Below the pieces are notes generated by a model, which did no database searches, had not been told where the DNA came from, and saw nothing but the letters and a program-made list of their open reading frames with translations. The position numbers were made by a program, and so were the translations under genes. Below, piece by piece: positions 48,882 to 57,999 of a stretch of DNA of 60,349 nt. The stretch is taken from positions 1 through 60,349 of IMG/VR virus record IMGVR_UViG_3300028844_007041. The stretch is one strand, 5' to 3'. Within the stretch, counting starts at the first letter, position 1; each line of letters starts with the position of its first letter. This DNA is from a virus (lineage: Duplodnaviria; Caudoviricetes).

Positions 48882-49916
48882 ATGCCGTTCAATGATTTAG
48901 AACAATACATCGCAGACAGATGGATTAATGAAGGAATACATCCTGATAATCCAGAACTTAAAATATACAATTATACACAAAACACACAATTCAAAGATCA
49001 TTGGGATGAAGTAACTGAAAGTTGCCGAGGTCTTATTGTCGAAAATGGTCAAATTATTGCAAGAGGTCCAAGAAAATTTTACAATCTGGGACAAACAAAA
49101 TATACAACTTCTGATATTGTTTCTGTATTTGAAAAGGTTGATGGTTCACTTGCCATACCATATCTACAAAATGGCATTGTATATTTCGCAACAAGAGGTT
49201 CATTTACTTCAGAGCAAGCAAAGGTAGCAACAAATATTCTACATGAATATGATGAGTTTTTTCAAAACGCAATTATTGAAATACTTGAAGAAAACCTCAC
49301 ACCAGTTTTTGAAATCATCTATCCAGAAAATAAAATTGTTGTTAATTATGGTAACCGAAGAGAATTAATTTATATCGGTACAGTTGACAACAAAAATGGA
49401 CTCATTGATTTTTATTCACATCGTCAATTTTTTTCAGATTTTGTTTATCTTATTAAAGAATACAAAAATGATCAATTAACAATACCTGAAAATTCAGAAG
49501 GTTTTGTTGTGCAAATGAAGAACAATGTTTGTGCAAAAATCAAATCAGATTGGTACCTGAAAATTCATAAGCTAGTGACAAATAAAGATTTGTATCGTAC
49601 AACATTGATATCAATGATTGAAGAAGATATGGAATGGATTTCTGAAGTGCCTGATGAATTCTTCAATGAAATTCAAGTCTATCAAAAAAACGTTGAAGCA
49701 GAGGTAAATGTAATTACTGAAAAGATTATTTTATCTCTACAAGAGATCAAAACGTGTTTATTTGAAGATAAGGAAATTGCAATTGAAATTCAAAAGAATG
49801 AAAAGGAAACAAGAGATTTGATGTTTATTTTCTGGAGAAAAGGTCACAAGGACCTTCGCAAACATGTTTTAAGAAACATGTTGAATCATTATCGTGAAGA
49901 GCAGAAGGTTGCTTAG
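48882..49916 (+). CDS. rnlA: RNA ligase 1 (T4 RnlA family); start re-assigned to ATG 48882
   Basis: CRGLI, KFYN, motif I EKVDGSL, ATRGSF, FEIIYP, motif IV EGFVV, motif V KIKSDWYL. Confidence 0.85.
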   Translation: MPFNDLEQYIADRWINEGIHPDNPELKIYNYTQNTQFKDHWDEVTESCRGLIVENGQIIARGPRKFYNLGQTKYTTSDIVSVFEKVDGSLAIPYLQNGIVYFATRGSFTSEQAKVATNILHEYDEFFQNAIIEILEENLTPVFEIIYPENKIVVNYGNRRELIYIGTVDNKNGLIDFYSHRQFFSDFVYLIKEYKNDQLTIPENSEGFVVQMKNNVCAKIKSDWYLKIHKLVTNKDLYRTTLISMIEEDMEWISEVPDEFFNEIQVYQKNVEAEVNVITEKIILSLQEIKTCLFEDKEIAIEIQKNEKETRDLMFIFWRKGHKDLRKHVLRNMLNHYREEQKVA

Positions 49917-50695
49917 TAGTTTGAAACCCAGATTGACAGTACATTGTTTTCTGAAATCTCTGTATTGGCTGCTCTTGCCGCTTTTTCATCACCAGATGAA
50001 CGATACCCCCAACGAGGACCACCAATCTTTGAACCTTCAATTGAATCTTTGATCAACCATTCATCATTTTCAATTGAACCTGCACGATATCCTAAATGCG
50101 TATCATACAATCCAAAGGTATCAAGTTGTTCAAAGCCTGGTATTTGACCGGTGAAGTAGTCAATAAACTCAGCACGATTTGCTGTCGATAGATGAGTTGT
50201 TGAGGCGACTTCATTATGGTTGATGCCATCAGTGTAAGATGTTTTTGCGGTGAGTAGTAAACTTGTGCAGATTTCTGGTGCAATACAAGCAGAACTATCA
50301 CCAGTCTCATAGTTGAGACCTTTGTGCGGTGCTAAGTTATAACTTTGCATCTTGTTTGCACCATCAATCCAGTTGTCCCATGGTTCGGTTAGCACTTGTG
50401 ATTTTGAAACAAGAATCTCAGCATATGCTTTACCACCATAAAAGTCAATGTTCATTTCACGTTCTTCTCCACCATATACAACTTTATGTATACCATTTGA
50501 ACCAAAAGTGCCATACCACAAAAGGCTGGCAGCTTTGATTCTTGAAAACAAACCGTGATACAATTTCCAGTTATTACTCTCAGCATCCCAAACAAGAATG
50601 TCTCCGTCTTGTTTACCTACATTTTCAATATCACAGATATCATCCGTTGTTAATGTTTCAAATGAATTGCGAAGAGTTGATTGAAATGACGCCAT
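49913..50695 (-). CDS. Short fibre-like protein (260 aa)
   Basis: N-terminal DDI.DI...DGDILVWDAE..NW fibre motif plus a globular C-terminal domain of unknown family. Confidence 0.5.
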   Translation of the reverse strand: MASFQSTLRNSFETLTTDDICDIENVGKQDGDILVWDAESNNWKLYHGLFSRIKAASLLWYGTFGSNGIHKVVYGGEEREMNIDFYGGKAYAEILVSKSQVLTEPWDNWIDGANKMQSYNLAPHKGLNYETGDSSACIAPEICTSLLLTAKTSYTDGINHNEVASTTHLSTANRAEFIDYFTGQIPGFEQLDTFGLYDTHLGYRAGSIENDEWLIKDSIEGSKIGGPRWGYRSSGDEKAARAANTEISENNVLSIWVSNY

Positions 50696-50698
50696 TGA

Positions 50699-51163
50699 TT
50701 ACCATTTATCAAACCATTGAATATTTTTATCGTTCCAAATTCCAGGAACATCAATTTCATAGAATCCCTCAACCAAGGCAAGTTCAACATATTCTGCCAT
50801 TGGTTCTTTTTCGAGTTCTCGTATGATTTCGGTTACTTGAGTTGGATTGTCAACTTCAAATAAAGTGATACCCAAATCAGCATAAGTTGTATATCTTACA
50901 CCCAATCGCTTTGCTATCTCAACATCATAGTAAATGTTCTTCAATTCAACTACAACGTATGGTAAAGCATAGGCATAAATGTCTTCACGAACTTGATAGA
51001 AAATCGGATAGAGAATTTTGCCTCTTGAAATGAAACGATCAATATAGACAAAATTTCTACCGTTTGCTACAAATTTTTCCCCGACTTCATGAGATGCGTT
51101 AGCAAAAAATGGCATGATTAAAACGATCATCAAAGCCATCATATACTTGCTAATTTTTCTCAT
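50699..51163 (-). CDS. Exported protein with subtilase propeptide-like C-terminal domain (154 aa)
   Basis: Sec-type signal MRKISK-hydrophobic-ANA|S; VVVELK...LGV...LGITLFEV...IIRELEKEP.AEYVEL. Confidence 0.5.
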   Translation of the reverse strand: MRKISKYMMALMIVLIMPFFANASHEVGEKFVANGRNFVYIDRFISRGKILYPIFYQVREDIYAYALPYVVVELKNIYYDVEIAKRLGVRYTTYADLGITLFEVDNPTQVTEIIRELEKEPMAEYVELALVEGFYEIDVPGIWNDKNIQWFDKW

Positions 51164-51781
51164 TTATGGTCCGTACGGTCCTGGTGTTGGAGGTGCGCCG
51201 CCTAAAGCACTACGAAGCATTCCGCTTGGTGCAGGCATTCCAGCAGCCGCTGGTGCTGGCGAGAGTGGTGTTGCAGGTGATGGTGCTGTTCCTTGATCAT
51301 CTGCTTTTTTGTTCTTCGCATCAAGGAAAGAGCCAACCTTAACAACATAGTCATTTGCTACTGCAATTTTTGAATGTACCCAATCAGGTAGATTCTCACT
51401 ATCTTCAACTTGTTTCATCATGTCTGTAACAGATTGATGGATTTGACACATCAAATCTTTTGAAGAAGGTCCACCATCTTTGTCATCTTCAGTAACTTCT
51501 TTTGGTGGCCCACCGACAGGATTTTCTTCTGCTTCAACAGGCTCTGGGCTATCTTCTTCAACCTCTTCTTCTTCATTGAGCTTTGCTTCAAGGTCACGAA
51601 TTTGCGCCTTGAGTGCTGCAATTTTGGCAACAGTTGCTTCTCGTCCTTTTTTATTAGCATCTGTCTCTGCCTTTTCAATTTCAGGATCAGCATCATCAGA
51701 AATGTCCTCATTTCTTGTTAGGTAATTGTTGATGATCTTGTTTACATCACTATATAAACTTTTTTGAGTGTTCGTGTCCAT
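51164..51781 (-). CDS. Acidic, Pro-tailed protein, possibly an internal head protein (205 aa)
   Basis: ENLPDWVHSKIAVANDYV helix motif I recall from T4-like head-region proteins; coiled coil; Pro/Ala-rich tail. Confidence 0.5.
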   Translation of the reverse strand: MDTNTQKSLYSDVNKIINNYLTRNEDISDDADPEIEKAETDANKKGREATVAKIAALKAQIRDLEAKLNEEEEVEEDSPEPVEAEENPVGGPPKEVTEDDKDGGPSSKDLMCQIHQSVTDMMKQVEDSENLPDWVHSKIAVANDYVVKVGSFLDAKNKKADDQGTAPSPATPLSPAPAAAGMPAPSGMLRSALGGAPPTPGPYGP

Positions 51782-51805
51782 GTTTATATTTTGGAAAGAA
51801 GAAAC

Positions 51806-51836
51806 AAAAAAAGGGAGGAATAAAAACTCCTCCCTT
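51806..51836 (-). terminator. Rho-independent terminator after gp23
   Basis: Inverted repeat AAGGGAGGA/TCCTCCCTT (51811..51819, 51828..51836) followed by a T-run on the minus strand. Confidence 0.9.
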
Positions 51837-51861
51837 GTGGTCTTAAAAAATATCTAAGATA

Positions 51862-53346
51862 TTAGTTCAAGTTAGCAACTCGGAACTTTCTGTAATAGAC
51901 ATTCTTGTTCATTTCAATACCGTTGCCTGCTAGTCTCATTGGTGTTCCATCATTATCCAATTGTGAGAATGGATTTGCTACCATTGCATCACGGCTCATG
52001 AAACCAATGATTGGTGTGAAGGTTGCAGGATCTTGTGCCTTCAGCATTTGCAGTGGCTGATATGGACAATAGAATACACCAGAATCATACGGAGATGTTC
52101 CTTTGTATCCAACAGTTACCATAGCATTTTGTGCATTCATTGGCAAATATGGATCAATGTAAACTTTAAATTGACCATTCAACAATCCAGCAAACAAGTC
52201 AGTTGTCTCATCATTCTTCAAAGCCACTTTCATGTTTGAAGAATAGTCCAACATTCCAGCCATGTTCAATGCAGAACATACATCAGCGGAACAGATAATT
52301 ACATTTCCTTTACCTCGACGTGTTTCTCTTGCAATTTGGTTTGCTTCAACTTCCAACTGGAACATCAAACCTTTGAACTTCTCAACAGACCATCGTCCAT
52401 TGGAATCAGTCAGCAGGTCAAAAAACTCTGGATTAGTTGTGTTTTGACAACCGGGCTTTGCTACTGCATAAATTGTGCGAATAACTTGTCGGTTTACTTC
52501 AGCAAGAATTTCATTTGAAAGAATGTTTGCAAGTTCACTCTCAGCATTCAAGCCGTGAGTTACTTTAAGGTCTTGGGCCATTTCAAGAGTATACTGTCCT
52601 CGTAGTTTTCTGGTCTGCGCTGAAACGGTCATCTTCTCAATTGAGAAAGACATTTCGTTCATTGGTGCGTTACCACCACCAGTGTTCATTGCTTCACCCT
52701 GGCTGGTAGAAATACCGAAACCACTAACGTCATTGACATTTGATGCGGGGTTAAAGAAAATGTCTGTTGGATCAGCACCGCCACTATATGGTGCATGAGT
52801 ACCACCTTTAGTATGGTCACCCATACCTGCAGCGGTTGCATCTGGTCCGGTTCCACCGTTTGACCAATCTGATTTTGCTTCTCGGAACAATGCTTCGTTT
52901 TCTACTCTTCCAGGAGTTCCGGGAGTTACCGCAACACCGTCTTGGTAGTGTGAACGCATTGCAAAGATCAATCCGGTTGGTCCAGTCAAAGGCTGAACAC
53001 CACATACATCATATGCCAACAACTTAGGCATAGTTCTTCTTACAAGTGAAATCAAAACTGGATCAACATATTGAACTTGTCCTGTGCTGTATGGACCAGC
53101 ATTTGGCAATGTGTTCAAACCATCACCACCGGGATAGTTTGACATGTCCATACCAGAACCCAATGGATCCTCGGTCAAGAACAATCCTGATCCTGTTCGT
53201 TGAGATGCTTGCTCTCGCATCATTTTTTCTTGGTTCTCAAGAAGAACGGCAGTTACACTTTTTCTGTAACTATCGTCAATTTTTGGCAATGACTCATGCT
53301 CGAGGATGGGCTGCCATTTTGCACTTGCTTGTTCGTTAAGTACCAT
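51862..53346 (-). CDS. gp23: Major capsid protein (T4 gp23-like)
   Basis: KWQPILE...AVLLENQE; DPVLISLVRR; GVQPLTGPTGLIFAMRS; EMSFSIEK; ELANILSNEILAEVNR; GYKG.SPYD.G.FYCPY; YYRKFRVANL. Confidence 0.98.
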   Translation of the reverse strand: MVLNEQASAKWQPILEHESLPKIDDSYRKSVTAVLLENQEKMMREQASQRTGSGLFLTEDPLGSGMDMSNYPGGDGLNTLPNAGPYSTGQVQYVDPVLISLVRRTMPKLLAYDVCGVQPLTGPTGLIFAMRSHYQDGVAVTPGTPGRVENEALFREAKSDWSNGGTGPDATAAGMGDHTKGGTHAPYSGGADPTDIFFNPASNVNDVSGFGISTSQGEAMNTGGGNAPMNEMSFSIEKMTVSAQTRKLRGQYTLEMAQDLKVTHGLNAESELANILSNEILAEVNRQVIRTIYAVAKPGCQNTTNPEFFDLLTDSNGRWSVEKFKGLMFQLEVEANQIARETRRGKGNVIICSADVCSALNMAGMLDYSSNMKVALKNDETTDLFAGLLNGQFKVYIDPYLPMNAQNAMVTVGYKGTSPYDSGVFYCPYQPLQMLKAQDPATFTPIIGFMSRDAMVANPFSQLDNDGTPMRLAGNGIEMNKNVYYRKFRVANLN

Positions 53347-53397
53347 ATTACTCCTTTTAGTTTTTTAATACTTTAAATACAATAACTTATTTTACTA

Positions 53398-53405
53398 TAT
53401 TTAGT
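53398..53405 (-). promoter_or_regulatory. Late promoter candidate (ACTAAATA) upstream of gp23
   Basis: TAAATA core in the gp22-gp23 gap; AAGGAG RBS before the gp23 ATG. Confidence 0.55.
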
Positions 53406-53417
53406 AATTTATTATAT

Positions 53418-54800
53418 TTAAAATCGATTAAAGCTAGAAATTGCGTTTTTGTAAATGTCAATCGCAGATACAGGTTGCTTTTCCGCATGATAATCTTCAG
53501 TCAATGTTTGAGACTGTTGTTGCTCATCCTCAATCATATCTGACTTCTGCGCACTACTATCATTTTCTGCAAAATAATGTTCTTTTAGAATTTGTACTTT
53601 TTTACCAAACTCTTGCTCATCTTCAAAATCAACAGATTCTGCCAATTCAGAAAGTTGCTCTCGTTCAGCAAGTGACAATTCTTGTGTCGCTTCGAAAATA
53701 ATGTTTTTTCTTTTCTCTTCTTGTAGAGATCTTTTCAATCGCATGTTGCGCTTGAGGTGAGTGTTGATTTGATTTTCAAGTTCAACATTCTTCTCTTCAA
53801 GAGATTCAAGCAAATCTTCTTTTCCTTCCGGAACATCAACATAGTTTTCTACAAACAATTGCTTTAGTCCGGAAATGAAGTTCTCAGTGACTTCGGTACG
53901 AATACCTTTTTCAACAGACAATTCATTTTCTTTCATCCATTCTTCAGCAACATAGGTCAAATACTCATCAATCTTACCTGTAAGATTATCCAATTCCTCA
54001 TGCAATTGTTCTGCATGAGCTTCAACTGCTTCTTTCAAGTTGTTATTGTAGGACTCTTCGAGTTCTTCTTTAACAATCTCGACTTCTTGATCAATTCTGC
54101 GATTGAGTGCAGTTTCAAAAATCAATGCAGCCTTCTCTTTAAATTGTTCGGTTAGAGTATCTTCAGATGCAAAGAGGCTGTTGATGTCTTCCATCATTTC
54201 TTCTTTTGCCTTCTTTTTATCTTCTTCTCTTTTGGCTTTCTTTGCTTCATCAAGGTTTTCCTCGTCATCATCATCATCATCATCTTTTTTCTTCTTCTTC
54301 TTATCATCGTCTTCCTCATCATCATCATCTTTTGCTTCCGCTAGATCTTCTTCATCATCTTTCTTTGCCTTTTTCTTTTTTGCCTCATCAAGATCTTCAT
54401 CATCATCATCATCATCGTCATCATCTTTCTTCTTTTTCTTATCGTCTTCTTCCTCATCATCATCATCTTTTGCTTCAGCCAAATCTTTTTCTTTATCTTC
54501 TTCTCTCTTGGCTTTTCGCTTCTTTGCTTCTTCAACCATATCGTCATTCATTTCATCAGCAAGCATGTTTACCAATGATGATACAGTTGTCTTATCATCG
54601 ATGCTAACAGAAGTTGCGGTAGCTTTTGAACCAACGGCAGACAGAATTTTCTTTACAAGTGCATCTGTGCTTCCACCATCAATCTTGGCTTTGACTTCCT
54701 CAATACTTCCAAGAGGTGTTGACTTTGAAAAATCAGCGTCTCCCGGAAGTTCTTTTTTCAAGACCTCCATTACTTTTTTTTCAATTTCTGGTTTAGTCAT
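53418..54800 (-). CDS. gp22: Prohead core scaffold protein (T4 gp22-like) with N-terminal ACP-like domain and D/K repeats
   Basis: FKEKAALIFETA, KIDEYLTYVAEEWMKENELSVEKGIRTE..ENFISGLK.LF.ENY.DVPE, LKEHYF; lies between gp21 and gp23. Confidence 0.92.
   Translation of the reverse strand: MTKPEIEKKVMEVLKKELPGDADFSKSTPLGSIEEVKAKIDGGSTDALVKKILSAVGSKATATSVSIDDKTTVSSLVNMLADEMNDDMVEEAKKRKAKREEDKEKDLAEAKDDDDEEEDDKKKKKDDDDDDDDDEDLDEAKKKKAKKDDEEDLAEAKDDDDEEDDDKKKKKKDDDDDDDEENLDEAKKAKREEDKKKAKEEMMEDINSLFASEDTLTEQFKEKAALIFETALNRRIDQEVEIVKEELEESYNNNLKEAVEAHAEQLHEELDNLTGKIDEYLTYVAEEWMKENELSVEKGIRTEVTENFISGLKQLFVENYVDVPEGKEDLLESLEEKNVELENQINTHLKRNMRLKRSLQEEKRKNIIFEATQELSLAEREQLSELAESVDFEDEQEFGKKVQILKEHYFAENDSSAQKSDMIEDEQQQSQTLTEDYHAEKQPVSAIDIYKNAISSFNRF
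54200..54540 (-). repeat. Duplicated poly-Asp/poly-Lys block repeat in gp22
   Basis: DLAEAKDDDDEE.DDKKKKK(K)DDDDDDD..E.LDEAKK occurs twice; tca triplet runs on the plus strand. Confidence 0.9.
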
Positions 54801-54848
54801 AAGATTCCTTTTTCATGAAAGGTTTGTTAATTTTTACCATTTAACTTT

Positions 54849-54856
54849 TATTTATA
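54849..54856 (-). promoter_or_regulatory. T4 late promoter TATAAATA upstream of gp22
   Basis: Exact consensus, intergenic, 49 nt upstream of 54800. Confidence 0.75.
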
Positions 54857-54860
54857 TATT

Positions 54861-55730
54861 TCAAGCTTTTGAAACTTTGTTCATAAACTCTTCAAAAAGT
54901 TTTAAGGTTTCTTCTTCACGCTTTTGGTGAAGTTTTTGCTTTACAGTTTTCTCAATTGAAGTTTTTGTCTCTTCCAAAAGTTGTTCCAATTTTAGCTCAC
55001 GCTTTGATTGTTGATCTTTTTGGTGTTCTTCAACAAGAGACTTCAATTCTCGATTCTGTACATCCAATATTTGATACCGATCTTGTAGATTCTTAATTTC
55101 GCTTTTAATTTCAACCAGTGTATCCAGAAAACCTAACATGTTAGGATGTGTCGAATTGCTTTCAATAATTTCGGCTTGTGTCCGCACGAATGATTTTGTT
55201 TCTTCGTTCCAAATCCAATCTACTGATTCCATAACCATATCAACTAAAGCTTTTGGTGCAGAAGGATCATAAACAATATCAATTGCTGCCAATTGATAAT
55301 CGTCACCTACAAGTGAAATGCCATTTTTTTCAGTTAATGATCCAACACCTCGAGATGATACTCCTAATTTAACTCCACCATCGACTAAACCTTTAACGAT
55401 GTTACCACATGGTGTATCTAATACTTTTGCTTTACCCATAACATTGTTACCATCAACATTTAGTTCAGTCACTAAATGCGAAACTCTTTCAAGATTAATC
55501 ATCGGATCTGCAGGATGATTTAATTCTCCCAATGCTCTTTGTGATTTTACTTTTTCGTTGATATATCTTTCAGTTTCTTTTGAAAGAACCGATTCAGGAT
55601 AAACACGTCCGTTTCGATTCTTTTCTTCCGCTTGCATGAAAACACCAGACAAATAGTGCGTTCGTTTGCCATCATCGGATGATTCAACTAAAGTTTTGAT
55701 ATCTTCAGAATTTTCGACAAGTAGTTTCAT
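54861..55730 (-). CDS. gp21: Prohead core protease (T4 gp21-like) with C-terminal coiled-coil extension
   Basis: GVFMQAE.KNRNGRVYP, ALGELNHP, LDTP.G.IVK.L, LGVSSRG.GSL, DIV.DPSAP.A. Confidence 0.95.
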   Translation of the reverse strand: MKLLVENSEDIKTLVESSDDGKRTHYLSGVFMQAEEKNRNGRVYPESVLSKETERYINEKVKSQRALGELNHPADPMINLERVSHLVTELNVDGNNVMGKAKVLDTPCGNIVKGLVDGGVKLGVSSRGVGSLTEKNGISLVGDDYQLAAIDIVYDPSAPKALVDMVMESVDWIWNEETKSFVRTQAEIIESNSTHPNMLGFLDTLVEIKSEIKNLQDRYQILDVQNRELKSLVEEHQKDQQSKRELKLEQLLEETKTSIEKTVKQKLHQKREEETLKLFEEFMNKVSKA

Positions 55731-57217
55731 GACTCTTTCCTAATTGTTTTAGATTGTTTACGAGTTTCTGCCTTTTTCCATTGAGCTTTAGCTTTTTTAG
55801 CTGGTCTTGAAGTCAGAGTTTTCCAACGTTTTAACGCTGACCTTCGGTTTTTCATCCGTTCACCAGCGGGCTTTGCACTCTTTGGCAAACATATAATGTC
55901 CTTTACTTTTTTGCCTGAAACCGTGATATCTCTATTTAGAGATTTTTTGTATTCATTTGCTTTACAAGTCAATACAACTTTGTTGAGACCTGTACGATTA
56001 TTTCGACGCCAACGAATGCCGGGTAATGATTCATTTAAAGTTTGTTGTGATAATACTTCAATTAATTCATCAATATTTTCACTAACAAATTTTTGTAATA
56101 CTTCTTGTTTTTGTTCCCGTGATAGTTTTGGTTCAAGATTCGTTACAACTTTATGCAATTTTTCAAGTGCAGAATAATAAGACACCTTTTTGTCTCCTTT
56201 TAAATGTAACACCGACCTCAACTTTGAACCAAATTTATCTGGATCATCAAATTTGATGTCATGTTGTATATCTGCTCCTTCATCATATGCATCATGTTTA
56301 CCAGTTTCTTTTCTTTTTTCTTCTTTTTGTTTTTTATTATCTGAGTTTTCCTTTTCATCATCTTCATCATCTTCATCATCTTCAGGTTCCATTTCCTTAA
56401 AACTTTTTGCAATCTTTGATAGTCTATCAAACTTAACTTTGAATTGAGGATATGCATCACGATTTTTTAGGTCATTGATGAAGCCTTTCCAACCATCATA
56501 ACCCTTATCGTTTAGGTCACTCCATTCGTCACTTGTATTTTCAGCATAAGCTTTTTCAGCCATTTGTCGGCACGTTTCAAATAAAGCCAACATCTTTTCC
56601 GTTGCTCGTCCTGAATCCATCTGATAATCAGAATTGAACATACCTTTCGTTTTTGTCATATAAACGGAAGTACTTTCAAGTTTCTTTGCAATCGGAACAT
56701 ATCTTTTTATCCATGGATAAAACGCTTTCGGTTCAGACATACCAGTGATTGATGTTTGACAAAAATGTGTTGCCAAAATATAACAATCGTGAAACGCACG
56801 AACTTGCTCTTCAAAAAATTGAATATTATTTTTAGTAACTTTTTCTCGATTTGTTAATTCAGGATTTTTAAATGTATCTTGAAAGGTTTGAATAGCAAGA
56901 GAAAAAATATTAAATGCGGAGCCTCGGTCACTATAAACTACTTTTTCAAGTTCACCAAGACCTTGTTGAAGCATTCGTTTATTTGTTCCATATTCTTTTT
57001 CACATTTTTTATACAGTATCGCTAATTCACGAATCATAGTATTAATAAGTTTAATTGTATCTTCCACTTCTTTTGCAATATCAGCAGTCATCTCCCAATA
57101 TTCATCTTCATTTTTTTCTTTTTCTTTTTTACGATCATCATCAGATTGATTCAGCTTACGGTCAAACGCTTCTCGATCTGCATCCTCAAGAACGTCTTTG
57201 AGTGTTAAAAACTTCAT
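55727..57217 (-). CDS. gp68-like prohead core protein with large N-terminal extension (496 aa)
   Basis: Immediately upstream of gp21; very basic C-terminal ~100 aa after an LNE candidate cleavage site. Confidence 0.5.
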   Translation of the reverse strand: MKFLTLKDVLEDADREAFDRKLNQSDDDRKKEKEKNEDEYWEMTADIAKEVEDTIKLINTMIRELAILYKKCEKEYGTNKRMLQQGLGELEKVVYSDRGSAFNIFSLAIQTFQDTFKNPELTNREKVTKNNIQFFEEQVRAFHDCYILATHFCQTSITGMSEPKAFYPWIKRYVPIAKKLESTSVYMTKTKGMFNSDYQMDSGRATEKMLALFETCRQMAEKAYAENTSDEWSDLNDKGYDGWKGFINDLKNRDAYPQFKVKFDRLSKIAKSFKEMEPEDDEDDEDDEKENSDNKKQKEEKRKETGKHDAYDEGADIQHDIKFDDPDKFGSKLRSVLHLKGDKKVSYYSALEKLHKVVTNLEPKLSREQKQEVLQKFVSENIDELIEVLSQQTLNESLPGIRWRRNNRTGLNKVVLTCKANEYKKSLNRDITVSGKKVKDIICLPKSAKPAGERMKNRRSALKRWKTLTSRPAKKAKAQWKKAETRKQSKTIRKES

Positions 57218-57999
57218 TCGTCTCCTCCGCCCGATTGAGGTGACCTTGCTCTTCCTGCCTGTCTGTCTAATTTATCTTGGTAACGGTCAAATTTCTTTCT
57301 TTCATAATCACCTTGTCCCGGTACCATTGAATCTACATCTCTTGCACTTCTGGTCAGAACTTGGTCTAGAGCATCATCACCAAAGCTTTTCGCATTTGAA
57401 AATTTCTTTCCATGATCTTTTTCGAGACCAAGGATTTTTAATGCTTCGGCGGTTTGTTCTTTAGTAGGTGCTTTCGGAGCTTCTGCTTTTTCTGGTTTAT
57501 TTTTTGCACCAGTTTCCGGATCTCTCGCTTCGAGTTCTCCTGTATTTTGCGCAATGTTTAGTACATCATCAGAGAAAATTGAACTATGTCTTTTGATGAA
57601 AGTCCTTGCTACGTTTATTCTTTGCAGATGATATCCTTTATGTTGTTGATATTCTTTTAATAGTTTATCTTTATCAGGATTATATCGATTTTTACCAACT
57701 TCTTTTGTTTTATTTTTTATATGGTCAGCCATTAATTTATCAAGATTTCTTGCCTGTTTAGCATGATGTCGAACAACTGCAACCATCTTATTTGAAAGTC
57801 GGCCTTCTTTGCTCAATAAATTTACAAGGTGATTTGCACCTGAATTCATTGATTTAAGAGTGAAATCTTCAAGCTTTTCTGCGGCCTTATCAAAAATATT
57901 ATCACGAAATGGATTGAATGCTTCTGATACGGCCCAGTAGTTTTCTGTATTGTTATTAATTAACTGAGTGAGTAAATTATTCTTCGTTTTCGTTGTCAT
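57214..57999 (-). CDS. Hypothetical head-region protein (261 aa)
   Basis: Charged helical ORF between gp67-like and gp68-like genes; ATGA coupling to the next gene. Confidence 0.5.
   Translation of the reverse strand: MTTKTKNNLLTQLINNNTENYWAVSEAFNPFRDNIFDKAAEKLEDFTLKSMNSGANHLVNLLSKEGRLSNKMVAVVRHHAKQARNLDKLMADHIKNKTKEVGKNRYNPDKDKLLKEYQQHKGYHLQRINVARTFIKRHSSIFSDDVLNIAQNTGELEARDPETGAKNKPEKAEAPKAPTKEQTAEALKILGLEKDHGKKFSNAKSFGDDALDQVLTRSARDVDSMVPGQGDYERKKFDRYQDKLDRQAGRARSPQSGGGDE

Noticed and set aside
51781-51788. TATAAACA as a late promoter for the 205-aa gene
   Set aside because: It abuts the start codon, so the transcript would begin inside the ORF; the sequence is AT-rich enough for chance.
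54103-54930. 275-aa Ser/Phe-rich and 133-aa His-rich plus-strand ORFs
   Set aside because: Antisense shadows of the poly-D/K region of gp22.
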